From Raillietiella orientalis (taxonomy: Eukaryota): a stretch of DNA of 64,000 nucleotides. How positions within the stretch are numbered: the first letter of the stretch is position 1; the number at the start of each line of letters is the position of its first letter. The notes under the pieces are model-generated. The model did no database searches. It had not been told where the DNA came from and was given only the letters and a program-made list of their open reading frames with translations. The stretch spans positions 3,224,001 to 3,288,000 of the forward strand of contig JAYWIR010000018.1 of assembly GCA_036172245.1 (NCBI GenBank), read 5' to 3'. The translations under genes were made by a program, and so were the position numbers. Below are positions 1 to 13,829 of this stretch, piece by piece.

Positions 1-29
1 GAGAGCTTTGCTGCGAGGGTTCATAGCCA

Positions 30-430
30 GGATTCGAACCGTCAACCTTCCTTTCGGCATCGAGAAAGTTCCCCTCTCTGGTGCCGAGACGGCTTGCAAG
101 AGCCATCACGCCACTCAAAGACGAAACATCGTTGAGGGAGATCCTTAGGCCGGACGGTTCACCGACGCGATTCGGACCCACGACCTTCGCCCCCGTGCCA
201 ATTCCGCTGGGTTCCAGTTTCGCCGATGCTTGCCGCCTAGGCGTATTGTCCTCCGGTGCTTCGGCTGCAAGGGTGATTCCGAGGTATCCAGCAGAGGGAA
301 CGTCTGCTGTGCTGGATGTTGGGAGCCTCATCCGTCTTGCTCAGCAAGAAGGATTGCTTCCATCTCGTGCAGGCCATCGTGGTCCTTGGGATCTCTGAAT
401 CCTGATGACCTGACGATGATCGAGAGAGGG
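30..430 (+). mobile_element. Degenerate fragment, probably LINE (L1/Tx1-like) ORF2 distal region; inverted paralogue at ~3912-4208
   Basis: ORF PRRLARAITPLKDETSLREIL...PRYPAEGTSAVLDV recurs almost identically on the minus strand at 3912-4157. Its assignment to ORF2 rests on loose similarity to the 17.8-18.1 kb region. Confidence 0.55.
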
Positions 431-2934
431 CACTGAGGCACTGTGCCGCCTCTTGGGTTGTTGGAAGCGGAAACAGTGTGGTTGCAGCATTTTCCTTCTT
501 TCTTTCCTTCTGCATGCTTTAGAGAATCCTGACACCATTGCCACCAAAGTCATCGACTCCGCAATAGCTATCGGCGTCATTATGGCCAAGAATGATTGCA
601 GAACTGACAGTGCCGCCTCAGTGTGTCCAAAATAGTCGAGGCGAAAGCTTTGTCACACATAACCACGATACCACGACCTTCCGCTCGGCACCAGAAGCGA
701 AAGATAAGCAGACTTTCCACTGTGTCAAGTCTGTTTCCTTGCCCTAAGGTTATTGGTCTTTTTTTGCCGACCTGACTATCTGGAATCGAAGAATACCGAG
801 GGTGTCGTGGCCGTTGAGTCGAGTGTGTGTTCCAGCTTTGCCAGATGTTGTGTTCTGAGGCTCGTCTCCTCTCAGAAGGACCGTGTGGAATAACCTCGGA
901 CACTGCATGGCGGACAGCCGAAACAGTGCATAGAACTGGGTTGCCAGGATGAAGCGCTGAGCGACTCAGAGGAAAGTTGAGAGCCCGAGTATTCCGAAGA
1001 GACTCTTTTCCACGGTGAACTGCCTTAGGACCTGCCTGCCCTATGCCCTGCCTCGCTTCGCCGCCCAATCCTCTCCGAGGCGGGCCGCTCAGCCGGTATT
1101 TTTTAGATCGTATTGTCGGGTGCCATGCTGGTCGCACACTCTGATGTCACGATGTTCCGTGCGTGTTCACAGAGAGTGCTTCCCCGACCTTTTTTGCGAA
1201 CACTCTCCTTTGGGAGCAGCGACACCCGCACCTCAGCATCGTCGAGGAAAGGCATGGGGCACCAGATGGACGCTTCTGGTGTTCTGGTGCCAGCTACCTC
1301 TCGCCGCAGAGGGACGCTCGAGAGACGCGCCGGCTTCAATTCACTTACCCTCCATTTTTAGATCGCATGGTTGGGCGCCATGCTGATCTCGCACGTTCAA
1401 GGAGGAGCGGCGAAGGAAGAACAGGATCAACTGATCTTTCAGGGGAGCTCAGGCATAGGTCTGAGCATCAGCGGTAGGCTCCCCAAGATCTTGGGATCAG
1501 AAGCGCGTCGTGAAGTCCCGCAGAATGAGGCATCCCTCCCTCACAGGTGTGCAGACTTCACGAAAGCTCATGATTCAGCATTCCAACATGCGGCTCAGCA
1601 GGGTCGCTTACTAAACACACAATCCGGGTGGCTGTACGGCTGCAGCAAGCTGTTCCCACAACAGTCGAGGATTTGGTGCCGCTCTTCCGCACCAGGATAG
1701 TCGGCTTGGAGATGCTGGAAGACGAAACATTTGCGATGAGCAACTGCAGAACTTTTGAAGAAATGCGACGCAACCCGGCTGCGTTTCATCCCAGACTGAT
1801 TGTGTGGTTTCGTATCGCCATTTTAAATTCGGCAGGCGGGTTGTCATGAGCGCCGGAGACGAGCGAAGGGCAGGTCGCTTCTGAAGGAGATCCTAGAGGG
1901 ATCTAGCTCACAACGGAAGTGGTTGCTTGGGAGGTAAAACCGCGTTTTTGCGGTTTACACCGGAAAAAACGCGGTTTTACACCCGGCATCACTCTTTGTT
2001 CGCTTTCACGTGCTGTTTAACTTCCGCCGGGAGGCTCTGCCTGTTCTCAGCCTGGGAGTGGTTCCCAGACGCAGCGCGTCTAGGTGGGATAAGCCTCGCA
2101 CGAGTAAAGCAAGATCCCAACCACGACCCGTGGCCCTCAGCAATCTGGAAATTTCTTGAAGCGGAATCGAGAGCCATCGTCAACGTGATTCCCGCTTGAT
2201 CCTTTCGTTCACCATTAGCGTTTTCTGTGGGCAACTACGTGTCGCCCTTGCTCATGAGCAAACAACTTCTTTCTTCCTTAAAACGTACGTTCTAATTTAG
2301 AAAACCGGACAAGAGGAAGGGAAAGCGAGTGGAGATGACCGTGAGGAGACCTTGATTTTTGTTCAAAGAAAAGGACGCTGATCGACAAACTGTGCTTTCA
2401 GAATTTGTCACCATCCTCACCTCCAAGAAACATCCTCAAGTCCGATGACCTCATGGAAAAAAGGAAGGTTCAGCAGTCCTCTTCGCATGTTCTACTGCTG
2501 CATTCTGGGAACCTCCTTCACCTCACCGCATCCACGGAACCGGCCCGCGTTCGGCAGAGACCACTTTTTTGAACGGGATTTCAACTCGCATCCAGCATCA
2601 CCGACAAACCGCATTTTTCTATTTGTTTTTTTTACCAGATTAAACGTTGGTCTTGACAAACTGATTCCTGCATGTCATTCCGGAGGGTTTGGTACAAAAT
2701 CCCGAGAATCAAAATTATGAAAGATCATAAAAAGTAAATATACATCTTCATTATGCACATAAATAAGTATATTTATATAAAAATAATATGTATCATAGAT
2801 ATTACTAAAAATAACATCTAAATATATCATTAAAAATAATACCTATGCTTATTATGTATATCAATATACATATTCATATATGGATTCTTATGCATATTGA
2901 TAATTATTTATATAGATACATATTATTAATAATA

Positions 2935-3370
2935 ATGCTGCATGACGGGGGCAAACAAAAAGCAGGGGGCGGCGGAGTGGGCCGCAAAAGCGTTCCACAC
3001 TGCAGCCCGTTCCGGCAGGTAAAACCTGCCCTTGGGAAAGGGTCGAGCGCCATCTCTACCTTTTGGAGACGACCGAACCAGGCTTCTGCGAAGCAGAAGT
3101 CCCCAAACGGAACGCCCAGGTGCTTGATGTACCAGCCCGTGGGGGGCCCCAGGCAGATCCAGTCCGGCCGCCCTACCCACGCTGCACCGACTGCAAGCAC
3201 GCACGGTGCAGCCCTGGTAAAAGTCGGAACTCAGATGCCCCAGACGAGTGTCCGGGATTGAAAGGTGCCCCTCCGGGTCCTTTTAGGAACCAAGGATCTG
3301 GTTTTCGGTTTTCCTTGCGGATCTCCTCCGTTTGTAAACATGGACCCATCATCGCAAACCATGGAGCTAG
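2935..3370 (-). mobile_element. L1/Tx1-like LINE fragment, end of RT domain
   Basis: GRFYLPERAAVWNAFAAHSAAPCFLFAP matches GKFYLQKRAAVWKAFAGPLLRSVLLFSTP at 37.2 kb and the 17.2-17.35 kb region. Confidence 0.8.
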
Positions 3371-3379
3371 TTAAAACCC

Positions 3380-3760
3380 CCCTTGGGGGGCTGCCTCTCC
3401 AAAGTGACAAGACGTGCGCCTCTCCCTCCAGGGAGTGACCCTTCAGAGAAATTAGGAAGCATCCTTTTGGGATCTTTTTCAAAAGAAACAGGGCACCGTT
3501 CCCTTATGGATTCCCTCCAGAGAAGAAAAGGAGATGACTCCCCTCTGGAAAGAACAAGGAAGAGGTTCCTTTCGGGATTTCCTTTGGAGACGACCAGAGC
3601 GAGGGTTTCCTTTCAGATTCCCTTCCAAGAGTGATAGGAACGGACTCGTTCCTCCGGAGTCTTCCTGGATTTATAAAATGGTTTCCTCCAAGGCCACTCT
3701 CTGTAACTTGAAGAGTTCCTCAAACCCTTGATTGACGTGGACAGCTTGAAAAGTTTCGTG
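3380..3760 (+). repeat. Copy of unclassified GGAA/TTCC-rich repeat module
   Basis: Shares CCCTCTGGAAAGAA and the peptide (S)GFPLET with copies at 12.8, 13.9, 23.5, 26.3 and 43.2 kb. Confidence 0.6.
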
Positions 3761-3911
3761 AGTCCCCCCTAAGGAGGCGACCGGTTTTCCAGTAGTCCTT
3801 GAGTACCAAGAAAAAGAAAACTAGGAAAGAGAAAAAGCTGGAAGGAAAACAGCGAAGACAGAGAAGAGCCCAACAAGGTTTTCAAATAGCTGAAAGCAAT
3901 CCTTCTTCCTC

Positions 3912-4208
3912 CTAACATCCAGCACAGCAGACGTTCCCTCTGCTGGATACCTCGGAAGCACCCATGCAGACGAAACACCGGAGGAAGATACGCCTAGACG
4001 GCGAGCACGGGAGAAACTGGAACCCAGCTGACTTGGCATGGGGGCGAAGGTCGTGGGTCGCAATCGCGTCGGTGAACCGTGGATTTGGCCCGAGGATCGC
4101 CCTCAACGATGTTTCGTCTTCGAGTGGCGTGGTGGCTCTTGCAAGCCGTCTCGGCAACAGCGGGGGGAACTTTCTCGATGCCGAGAGGAAGGCTGACAGT
4201 CCGAATCT
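3912..4208 (-). mobile_element. Inverted paralogue of the 30-322 fragment
   Basis: The reverse complement aligns by eye to 30-322 with scattered substitutions. Confidence 0.7.
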
Positions 4209-5779
4209 TGATCAGGAAACGCCCTCATCTCACTATGGAACGTCTCCGCTCGAAACATACCACCTGCAAAGCTAATGGATCTAGGTAGGTCGGATGAAAC
4301 GATAAAATCTGGGGAAAATGCTGCTCCTCCGTGTTATCTTTTTGTGCAATCGCGCATCTTTCATTCAAGGACGTAAAGAACGCCGGTATTGATGAGAAGA
4401 ATACTGTGAAAGGAGATAAGTAGAAGACGTGAAAGAGGAAAGAGAGATATATTATGAGATTTTCAAGAGCTAAAGACAAGATGCAACCTGTACGCGGGCG
4501 TCTCAGGCAAGTCCGCATCGAGGTCATGAGTAGCCGTGTGAGCGACATCTCCGAGCTCATCGCTGCACCGAAGCTTCCCATCCCGCCGGAGCAGCGAGTG
4601 CCTACGACAGTCGCCGGCACCAAGCACGTGAGGACCGGAGGTGCAATTCCACTTCTTCTGCCCAGACAACCGGCATAGAACGTCCACCTGCAACACATGG
4701 AAAGGCGGCTCCGAAATAAAGTTCCGTGCAATTGCTCCGGATAACAGAGAGACCGTTTCTCGATCATTTACTCGCGTCATCATCATCGCCTTCTCCATCA
4801 TGATCATCAGGATCACTATCACCGCAAGCATGGTCTCCGTCGTCATCGTTATTGTCACCATCATCCCTCCCATGCCGTCGCGTTTTGGGCGCGTCTGCTT
4901 AGTCATGGTGAAAAGCATCTTATTCACGCTCGGCTGCCTAAAAGGACTGTTAATGCAAGGTATAGACAAAGGATGGAAGATCATTTCCCCTCCTTCAGCG
5001 TGGCGACCCTCACCGTATCTGGTCATGAGGAAGATTCTGGAGTCTTCAGAAGGGCTGCTAATCACGGTTGGTTACTCAGCCAATGCCTCCAGAGTACGTC
5101 ACAAGAAGTGCTGGATGATGGCACATCGTCTTTCTTGTAGATGTGCTCCGCTCGGCGCCGATGGGTCTTCAGCTCTTTGGGAGTCTTGTCCCCTTGTCCT
5201 GGAGTTCTCCGGATCACTCTGCGATTTCCAACAAAGGGCTCGTGCTGGCGCTAGCACTTCTCTGGAGGAGCCACTCCTTGGTCCCCTCAGGAAGAGCAAG
5301 ACAGGGTCTCCCGCAACCTCCGCAGGCGACTGTCTGCGCGACGAAGCGCTCTTCTGCCTAGAGAAGTCGTCTAGTCGGGTTGCAGCTCTCCCGCCTCAGA
5401 GGCCACCTCTTCTTCTGGTCCTGAAGAGGGAGCAGCGACTCGACCGATGCCCCGGCGCACGTCTCGAAGGTGCTGCATCTTCGAGCACGTCTCCTCTTTC
5501 CCGAGTTCTCACGCCTCCAGATCTTTTATCATTTCTCCCTCTGCCGAAATCTCCACTGACCCACGACGACCACTCTCGGCGACGCCAGCAGCCTTACGGA
5601 GGAGCGGTGTGGCAGACCTCGATACTGCTTCTTCTGGAACCGCCTCGGAGTTCCACGAGGCACAAGAGGCTTCCGATGGGACGACGCGCCTTTAGTTCTG
5701 CAGCACCCAATCGGTTCGACAGAGGATATAGGCTATCTGGAGGCCAGTGGTTCCCGGTATTCCCCGTTCTAACCTGCCG

Positions 5780-7020
5780 GTGTCGAGTCTTCCAGAAACT
5801 GTGCCCCAGCTACTGGCGCAGAGATAGAGCGAGTCTTCTCATACCATGCACTTGCTACTCATCCTGTGCACGCCATTCCCAGTGGACATTGCTCGTACGG
5901 GGGTCCCTCTCATGGTGCCAGCTGGCGTACCGGGAAGACAGCTGCTACGTGGGCAGGCTGGTGGGCAATCGTTCACAGGTACTGCTGCCGTGTTTTCTCC
6001 GGCGTGCGGCAGGAGGGCAGCATGCGTGCTTGGAGACTCTGTCGGTAGCGCCGGAGACAAGTGCGACTGCAAGAAAATTCATTCGGCAGCCACGAGGAGG
6101 ACGGCGTGCAGCTGTGCAGCCGGTTTCGGGAGATCTCTCCGGCCTCCAACAGGTCCCCGGAGAGAACCTCCGGGTACAAGCTCTTCCTGAACTTTTTGCT
6201 CAAGAACTGCGACCACCCCGCCGGGCCTGCTGGTCGGAAACTCTGACTCTCGCCGATGTTCCAGCTCCGAGACTTCGATGCGCCCCTCAGTTGCAGCTTG
6301 GCTCCTGACGGATGACCGAAGAAAACCACGAAGTTCTAACAAGACGAGCGCGAATTCCCGAACATCAGGTGCCTCACGACCCCTCCCCTCCCCCTCCTCC
6401 CCTTTCTCTGACCCAGCTCTGAGTGACTCACAAAAAAGAAAAGAAACAGTCACCGGTAAGGAGGTCTCAGTGAGCGGATGGCCATTTTCTTCGCATTTCT
6501 GAAACAGATATTTCCGCTCAAGAAGATGGTAAGGTGCGCCAGCAGCCAATTTGCAGGAAACAGCACTTCTAAAATAATCACCCTGCTAGACATCAACGGA
6601 ACCTGGCAGGACTATCGTCTCTGCTGAGCCCCAGCGGTCCCAAGACGGCTCGCGCCAGGACGGCTACAAAAGATGGAGGGTGCTCCCTTCAATCCGTCGT
6701 AGGAGGGCGGGCTCACGTTCGGAAATGCCTGTCACAACCAATCCCCTTGTCACTCCCGGAGGGACTCCGTCCCCTGCGCTACTTCCTCAGGCATCCTTGG
6801 GAAGCGGTGATGCTGGACTCGCCGAAGAGGTCGACCCTGGCCTTTGCACCCCTCGCCACAGCGCTCTCTGCCCTGAGGTAGAGCGACGAAAGCCGTCTAC
6901 CGCCTACCGGAGGGGTTCCTCCCCACCATTGCAGGGAAGAGGAAACCCTGGAGGCTGGAAGGTAAGCCAGCTGAAGGGTGCCGACGCTCCGCGTATCCGG
7001 TCGGTGGGACTGTCTCTGTG
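5780..7020 (+). mobile_element. Degenerate LINE ORF1-like and endonuclease remnants
   Basis: Decayed zinc-knuckle-like CCRVFSGVRQEGSMRA near 6.0 kb. LDINGT (GDFN-like) and NPGGWKV (GxxxWKLN-like) at 6.6-7.0 kb. Confidence 0.35.
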
Positions 7021-7102
7021 AAGGGAACTTCAAAGTGTCTCCCCCGAGGAACTTGTGGTCTCTCCCCAGTGCTTGAACACCCAGTGACGTTCCGATGACG
7101 CC

Positions 7103-8972
7103 TTTTACCCTGATTTGCCGGGGCATCTGTTATTATAAATATATTATAAATTTGTTATAAATTATAAATTTTTTATAAATGTTATTATAAATTTGCACCT
7201 TTTTTCGTGTGTGGAGATCTCCGTCTCACGACGTGCTAAGAAAACGCACACGAACACAAGGAACCTGCCGAGTTGCCAACACATGAACCCAATGTTCCAC
7301 TTTGGTGGCGAGGAGGAAGGGATAAACCAAGAAAATAAAAAAATAAACAAAAAAAAAAAGGATGGAAAGTTTATTCAGAGGGGAAGGAAAAGGAGGTTAG
7401 GGGAGGGGATCACTGTTCGCTTCCCGATGTTTATTTCCTGTCCAGGATGTTGGCAAGTTCAGTGCGTTTGTCGCCCAGGTGGGGCCACCTTGCGGCGATC
7501 CTAATGAGGATTTTCGCCGAGTGGATGGAGTCTCTTCCATTTTGTTCTCTTCTTGTATGGAGCCCCAGGATGCGGTCATCCCGCTCACGCAGCAGAGAGC
7601 TGGCAGGCACGCGGCTGGTGGCAGTGCATTTCGCACGGAAAGGCGTTTTGCAACGTCCCTGAGACGTAACCGGAGTGGCTTCGATGGTGTTCTCACGGGG
7701 GTCGGAGGACAGCCCAGTCAAGAGGCAGGTGCGGGAGGGTCTCCCTTTCCCCGGATCTCAAACAGAAACGCTTCTCACTGAACCCGGGTTGACCCTCTCA
7801 CGGGTTTAATGGTGAAGGGGCTCTTTGCATGGGGCACCCCAATGCGAGACCAGCAGCGCTGACTCCTCTTACTTTGGGGAGGGGTGGGGGGGAAACGAGT
7901 TATGTCCGTAAGGATAGATGCTGCGGTTCTTCACAGCGAGGCGGCCTCTCTCTAGGGGCGTTCATTGCAACGATCAGCTGGATCCTCTCCATCGTCATGG
8001 CCCACCAGGTGCTGCAGTCGCAAGCGGTACCTAGAGAGGTCGCCAGGATTACAGCCGACAACATAAAGACGGCTGCCAGGTGGTCTCATCTTAAATAAGT
8101 GAGGAATATCCCCGGCATTCAGAGCCGGTTCTGAAAAGAAGGAACGACCAAAACCAATGACTTCTGTTCCCCCCTCCCCTCCCCCATATCTACTTGAAAA
8201 ATTTTTTTTTTCAATGTTTCTTTGGTCCTCACTCTCCCATTTTGGAACTTTCAGAGTGCCCAACCAGCTTGTCGGGGATGTTCTCCCTTGAACTTCTTTT
8301 CCCTTAGTCTGGGAACGTAGTTCCTAGATGGTGTGCTCACTTTCTCTGAATAAACGCCCCAGATCGACCGGGTTGACTCAGAAGCGGAGGAGGCTGGCAT
8401 CAATGCTCCTGCATCAGGACGACATCGCTTGTGATCTGCGGTGGCTCTTCGTGCCGGACGGACTCTCGACCTTCGCAGTGATCGCCACATGTTGCGTCTG
8501 CGCCATCGTTACGGTCCGTCATGTCTTGCAGATGCAAGTGAAGCAAAGGGAGGTCACCCGTGTGGCAGCCGTCCACATGAGGCTGCGAGGTGACCTCATC
8601 TGGGAGAGGAAGTCAAGGCGGGGATCGCCGGCATCCAGCGCCGGTTTTGAAGTGAAGGAACGGCGGACACCTTATCCTCACTCACCCTTTATTTATTTAT
8701 CAACTGTCGCCTCCCACCGGTTCCGGGCATTTTCCATTTTTTGTTTCTTCTCTAGAAGGGACGGAGCAAACCAAAGACCCGTGTCACCATCCTCCCCACA
8801 CGGCTATTCCCTTATTGTACCTCCATTCCGCCTCGTACGTTTAGATATCCCGACTTGAGTGTCGGTAGGTCCTCCCCTTGATCTTTTGTCTTCGACTGGA
8901 CTTGGACGTGGTCTTGTTTTGTCTTCAACTGGTTCATTTTTATTAAGTAAACACCCCAGCTTGACCGATTGT
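7103..8972. mobile_element. Cluster of LINE 3'-end fragments (ORF2 C-terminus, T-rich 3'UTR, terminal motif)
   Basis: Terminal motif at 7103-7133 (-), 8349-8374 (+) and ~8947-8972 (+). Peptides REVARITADNIKTAARWSHL and REVTRVAAVHMRLRGDLI match the nested copy at 16.15-16.35 kb. Confidence 0.7.
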
Positions 8973-11900
8973 TACGCCGATGGCGCCATTTCGGAGCCAT
9001 CGACACTCGAGACCAATATCACGGAAGGCTTCCGTTGTCACGACTGGCATGTGTGCAGCAGGCAAGTCGGCACGCCACGTATCTGCACCGAAGGCGCAGA
9101 TCGTTTTATTCAAACACCCTTACCATAATGCGTGGCGTAGGTCTTCGGCTCGTCTCCAAACAGGACCGATAGGTGGAGACGGAGCTCTCGTTTCGGAAGT
9201 GTGTGTCCCACCATTCCTACAGGCAAGAAAACTGGCCACAGCGTTCGAAAGACGAAGAGATGCACTCCTTTCGATGGCGTGCATGGCGACGATGCTGACT
9301 TCCTGAGGTGGAGAATGAAGATGAAATCTCGGAAAGAGGACAGTGGGAGGACAGCTTGGCACCGGTGCTGTATCGCGGAAGCTCTCCACAGCGAGCTGAC
9401 TTTTATTTCCCAAAGCGAAGCAGACATGACTGAATGTATACGGACTTAAACACATGAATTTTTTTATATTTTTTGACAATTCTGGCTCCATTATTTTCCT
9501 TAAATGCCCTTCCCATAATACAGATTTTCAATTCTTTGTTGATAATCGAAACGTTTAGAGTATTCTATCATTCAAAGAATACTTTTCTAACACTTTCATG
9601 GTATCATTATAATTATTGTATTCAAAATCGGATGTCACATGAAAATAGTTCACCAACAATTAATCAATTGATTAAAATAAACTTTATATTAAAAAATGTT
9701 TTTAATGAAATTAAAATATTTTTTTCTCACCCAGTACGTAAGAGTTGAGTGCTGCAAAAAATCCCTAACATTTGCAGCAGTAGCAGCTCTCGCACCATCC
9801 CATCAATCTACATCATTATCTATCAAATTTGAATGATGATCTTTCTGTACTACTACATATTCGACATGCTCTTGGAAAAGTGTTTCCGGCAGTTCGCCCG
9901 GCATTCCCCTGCACGAGGCAAAGGGATCTCTCCCGTAATTTTTGGCAAGATGCTGTGCCGAGTGCAATCTCGCCTCATGAAGGATTCATCCTCCGCGCCG
10001 GAGCTCCATTTTTCGTGTGCTTGTGCGTTCGTGTGGACACGCATTAATATGCATAGGGACTCCCCTTTCTTCAGGAGACGGAGCAAGGAATCCCGCTTCC
10101 ACATTCCATTAAGAGCTGTTCCTCTGAATCGCCCAAGCGATCCTTTAAAGCAGACAGTCCAATTAACGAATCGGTCGTCACAAATCGTGTAATTAACTTC
10201 CGCATCCCGATAGAGGAAAGCTGCCGTCGAGCAGATGCCGTTCCGGAAATCAAGCGGACGAGCTGCAGGGGTTGCTATGCGATTGTTTGGGGTGTTTACC
10301 CTAAACAATCGCAACCCCTGCGGTGGATGAACAGGGGTGCCTTACAGAGTAGAAAAGGGGAACTTTCCGGAGCGCTTCAGGAAGATGCTGCGAAAGCGTT
10401 GTGATCGCTGCTCGTCGCCAGTCGCGGATCGGACGGCCTGTCTGACGGACGGATGAGCGCCTGTTCCCTAGGAACGCCTGCAGCCTCAGACGATGACACG
10501 GAGCGCTCATCGGGCAGAGCAGCGCGAAAACGCCGCGCCGAGTGAGGAAGTTGAGGACCAACGTGGGAGGAAGGCATACAAAGTAACATCCTGAAAGGAG
10601 GGATGAATGCAGCCACTGCGGCTGCGACGCCGATGCTTGCGGCTCAATAGTGAAAGAATCCGGTTGCTAGGTTGCGAGTCGAATGCGCTGTAGGAATTCT
10701 CAGGTCCTTTTTTTTTTTTTTCTTCTTCCAGTTCTGAGAATGCGGAGAGTACCCTAGCTAAGGGCAATCGGGGTTCCCTCGTCCGAAATCGCCTGAAGCG
10801 CTTCAGGAAGTAGAAAACGGAAACAAAGCACAAAGATGACTCCAAGAAAAACACCTCTTCGTGGCTGCTTTCCACGGAAATCTGGGTCCATCCGTCCTAA
10901 CCGAACGGATGACATGTCAAGCACAAGTTAACACCACATGAAGAACGTAAATTATTCATGGCTGAATATGGGATAAGGCAGGGAGGACGATAGCGCAGTT
11001 CCGGACCGGATAGCAATTGGAGTAGGCATCGAGCCGTCCCACTCCACTGTACATGTGACCTGACCCGCTTCAATTCGACTTCATTCAAAAGTTCGTGGAC
11101 GAAACAGCCCAAGCAGCCATACATTTTTCAACAGCGAGGGCGACAGAGCCAAAAGTTTTCCTTTGGATCGATAAATCATCAGCAAAACCCGGAAACTCTT
11201 GTAATTTTTTTTTAATGAAAGCCAAAATAATAAATAATATTCCGCCCCCCCCTTTTTTTTCCACACACACAGAAAGGTGAAACAACGACTATTCTACCAT
11301 GATGGCGTTTGGGATAATCCTTTATCTATTATAGAAAAAACGATCGCATCATCCCATGGGGCTCGTATAACTCATCCTTCGCGTTATACGGGAACTCACT
11401 GTGTACCTGATAACGTATTCAGCAGAGAAATAAAGGTATGTTTTGGTTCACGACTACCCCGAATAAACGTATGATGTACCGTACTATGGTAGGGAGAGCT
11501 TGAATGCAAGGCGAATATATAATAAATTATAAAAATTGATGTAAACACAATATTCATAAAACTGATCGAAAGTGCAATAAATGCGTAAAAAAAAATTGGG
11601 CTGTAACTTTTAATGCTTCGTTTTTTGTATGCAGCTCATTATATAACAGACTGAGCAATGATGGAATGGTATACTCCATGCTCCGAGGCATCCATTTCGT
11701 GACTGGAGTTTGGTTTTTGATTCGGCTGCATAAAAATCGAGAATTCGTTGAATTGGGGCGTTTCGTTTACAGAAGAAGAGAGGCTGCCCGTAGGGCAAAC
11801 ACGTGCACTGGATGCGGCATCGAATCTCGAAAGTAATGATGATGACGACGACGACGATGATAGTGGAAATGGTGGTATTAAGTGTTTGGCTGCGCAAGTG

Positions 11901-12759
11901 ATTTGAATTAATGAATAGAAAGAACCTTTGTCAACTGTGCTTCAGTAGTTGCAGTTTAACATTCATGGGAGTTCAGTTTGAGAAGGAACACACAAGCCCG
12001 TTCTGCCATGATCCCCGGAAGAGAAACGACTGGCCACGCATAACGGAAAAAAATCGATACAATAACCATCTACTCCCAAGGTGAGGACCCGTCTCACCCA
12101 TGGTACACTCAGTATACACCTGCCGAGCATCGTACAACCCTAAAATTCCTGAAGCGCGAACAGAAACCGAAATCTGCATTATTTTTTTTTACCAAAGCAG
12201 CAAGGTATGGCGGACCACTTCTTGTTCAACTTGAATTTCTCAACGGGGACTGCTCCAGCATGCGCTTGGAGTCTATCTGGATGGAACTTTTCCAACCAGA
12301 AGCGTGGAGCTTGCAATTTCGAAAGCATCTCGTCTCTTCGAGGACGGATGGACTGCGCGCTCTTTGAAGCCGGGTTCGAAGGGCGTGTCCGTTTCGGTTG
12401 GCCCAAATAAAAGCTCCGAAGCCATCAATATCCAATCGCAAAGAAGAAATGAGAATCGATGAAAGACTGGGGTTCCTTTTATTTTAACCGGCAGCATCTC
12501 TTTTGTTTCCTTTTGAGAAGATCGGAAAATGAGATTTCAGCTGTAATGCGAAGCGCCAACTCACCGCCAAAGGGACGCCATCACTTCAACATGTGATCCC
12601 ACCTGAGATTAAACAAGTGGGTAGTCAGAAAAGCGCTTGTGTCTCTTTTCCTTTTGAAGGCCACTCGTAATCTCACTCGAAGACTCTTACTGCAAATAAT
12701 GGGAATCCTTTTGGGTTTTGCTTTCGCTGCTTTTATTCCAGCTTTCTTTTTTTGGGGGT

Positions 12760-12960
12760 TCATCCAGTGCTGAAGAACCATCCGCTTCCTCAGGGAGGAG
12801 GGGCTCACAAGCTCTTTAATGCTGTCTACGCCAACCGAGGGGATCTCAAGTTATTGGGACCACCCTATGAATCCAGGAATGCTCCGGAGGAAGGAGTCCG
12901 CTCCTCTTGTGCTTGCTTTAGAGAAAACCCTGAAGGGACTTTCTTCACAGGAGCATCGTT
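12760..12960 (-). repeat. Copy of unclassified repeat module (distal part)
   Basis: Closely similar to 26225-26420 (GAACCATCCGC.TCCTCAGGG...CACCCTATGAATCCAGGAATGCTC). Confidence 0.75.
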
Positions 12961-13079
12961 CCCGGCTATCGCAGCTTTCGCGTTGCGCGCGACGACGGTG
13001 GCAGCTTTTGCTAAGGCACAGGGAACCTTCGCACGAGTCTTCTTCATCAGAGAAGTACATCAAAGTCATCTATCTGCCA

Positions 13080-13525
13080 TCAGATGAGCTTTACGCACGC
13101 ACGCTTCAGCAAGCCATTCGCGCTTCGAGACAGAAGAATGCTCTTCTTGCCGTCCTGTGCGTAGAAGCCACTCGGGGCGTACAGGTTGGTGACGATCAGG
13201 TCGATGGAGTCTGACCACCTAAGGGTTAGCTGGCCGACTCTACCCGCAGACGACACGTCACCGCACATCCCGGGAGGCGGCCGCGACAGATGGCTAAGCG
13301 ATTCCGCTGGACTGCGAGGTGCCTCATTGCCATAGTAGCCGCCCTCCCGAGATCTGTTCAGTCTCCTGCGCTTGTTCTGTGGATGTGGCTTGGATTTTCT
13401 GCAACAGCACAAAGTCGAAGGACCACAAGGTGGCGGCTACGGCCCGCCTCTTGCCGTCGTCGCATAGCCCGTTGGCGTTCCAACAGGGGATCCGCAGACA
13501 ACGGCGAGAGGCGATTCCCAGCATT
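13080..13525 (-). mobile_element. L1/Tx1-like APE endonuclease N-terminal fragment
   Basis: IPCWNANGLCDDGKRRAVAATLWSFDFVLLQKI and WSDSIDLIVTNLYAPSG; paralogue of 14581-14970. Confidence 0.85.
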
Positions 13526-13829
13526 ACTGCTGGGGAAGTGGCATGTCCACCCCACCTGAGCGGGCGGCAGGTTTTCGGGGACGGCGGACACTTGAGACAC
13601 CTGGACGGCCTCCATCTTCTCCATCCATTCCATGTCGGGGCGTAGGACGTTCTCGGGCGACGAGTCCCTAGTGCCTAGGCGAACTCTTCCCCTTCAACGG
13701 GTTGGTGTGCCTCCGACGAGTCTTGGACTGGCGTCCAGACTTCAGGCGATGTGCTGCTGCGACGGAAGATGCTTTTTCGGCTTTTACGTCGTAGTCCGAA
13801 ATCTCAGACTTCTTCGTAGAGAGCGACAC

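Noticed and set aside
30..40. GGATTCGAACC (B-box-like) as a tRNA or SINE
   Set aside because: No cloverleaf or A box, and the paralogue at ~4200 lacks the motif.
4770..5100. Asp-rich tract and LSIPC motif (minus strand) as a hAT transposase end
   Set aside because: One weak motif, no terminal inverted repeats and no catalytic residues.
4641..6308. Longest ORF in the track (555 aa)
   Set aside because: No recognisable domain, non-ATG start, and it runs across unrelated GC-rich fragments including the antisense of an acidic low-complexity tract; most likely a chance open frame.
7130..7195. TTATAAAT tandem array as a CRISPR-like or functional array
   Set aside because: No unique spacers; it is a low-complexity expansion within a LINE 3'UTR in eukaryotic DNA.
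12179..12406. J-domain-like KFHPDR...EKFK.N..W peptide
   Set aside because: Helices I-II are not recognisable and there is no supporting exon structure; too short to call without an HMM search.
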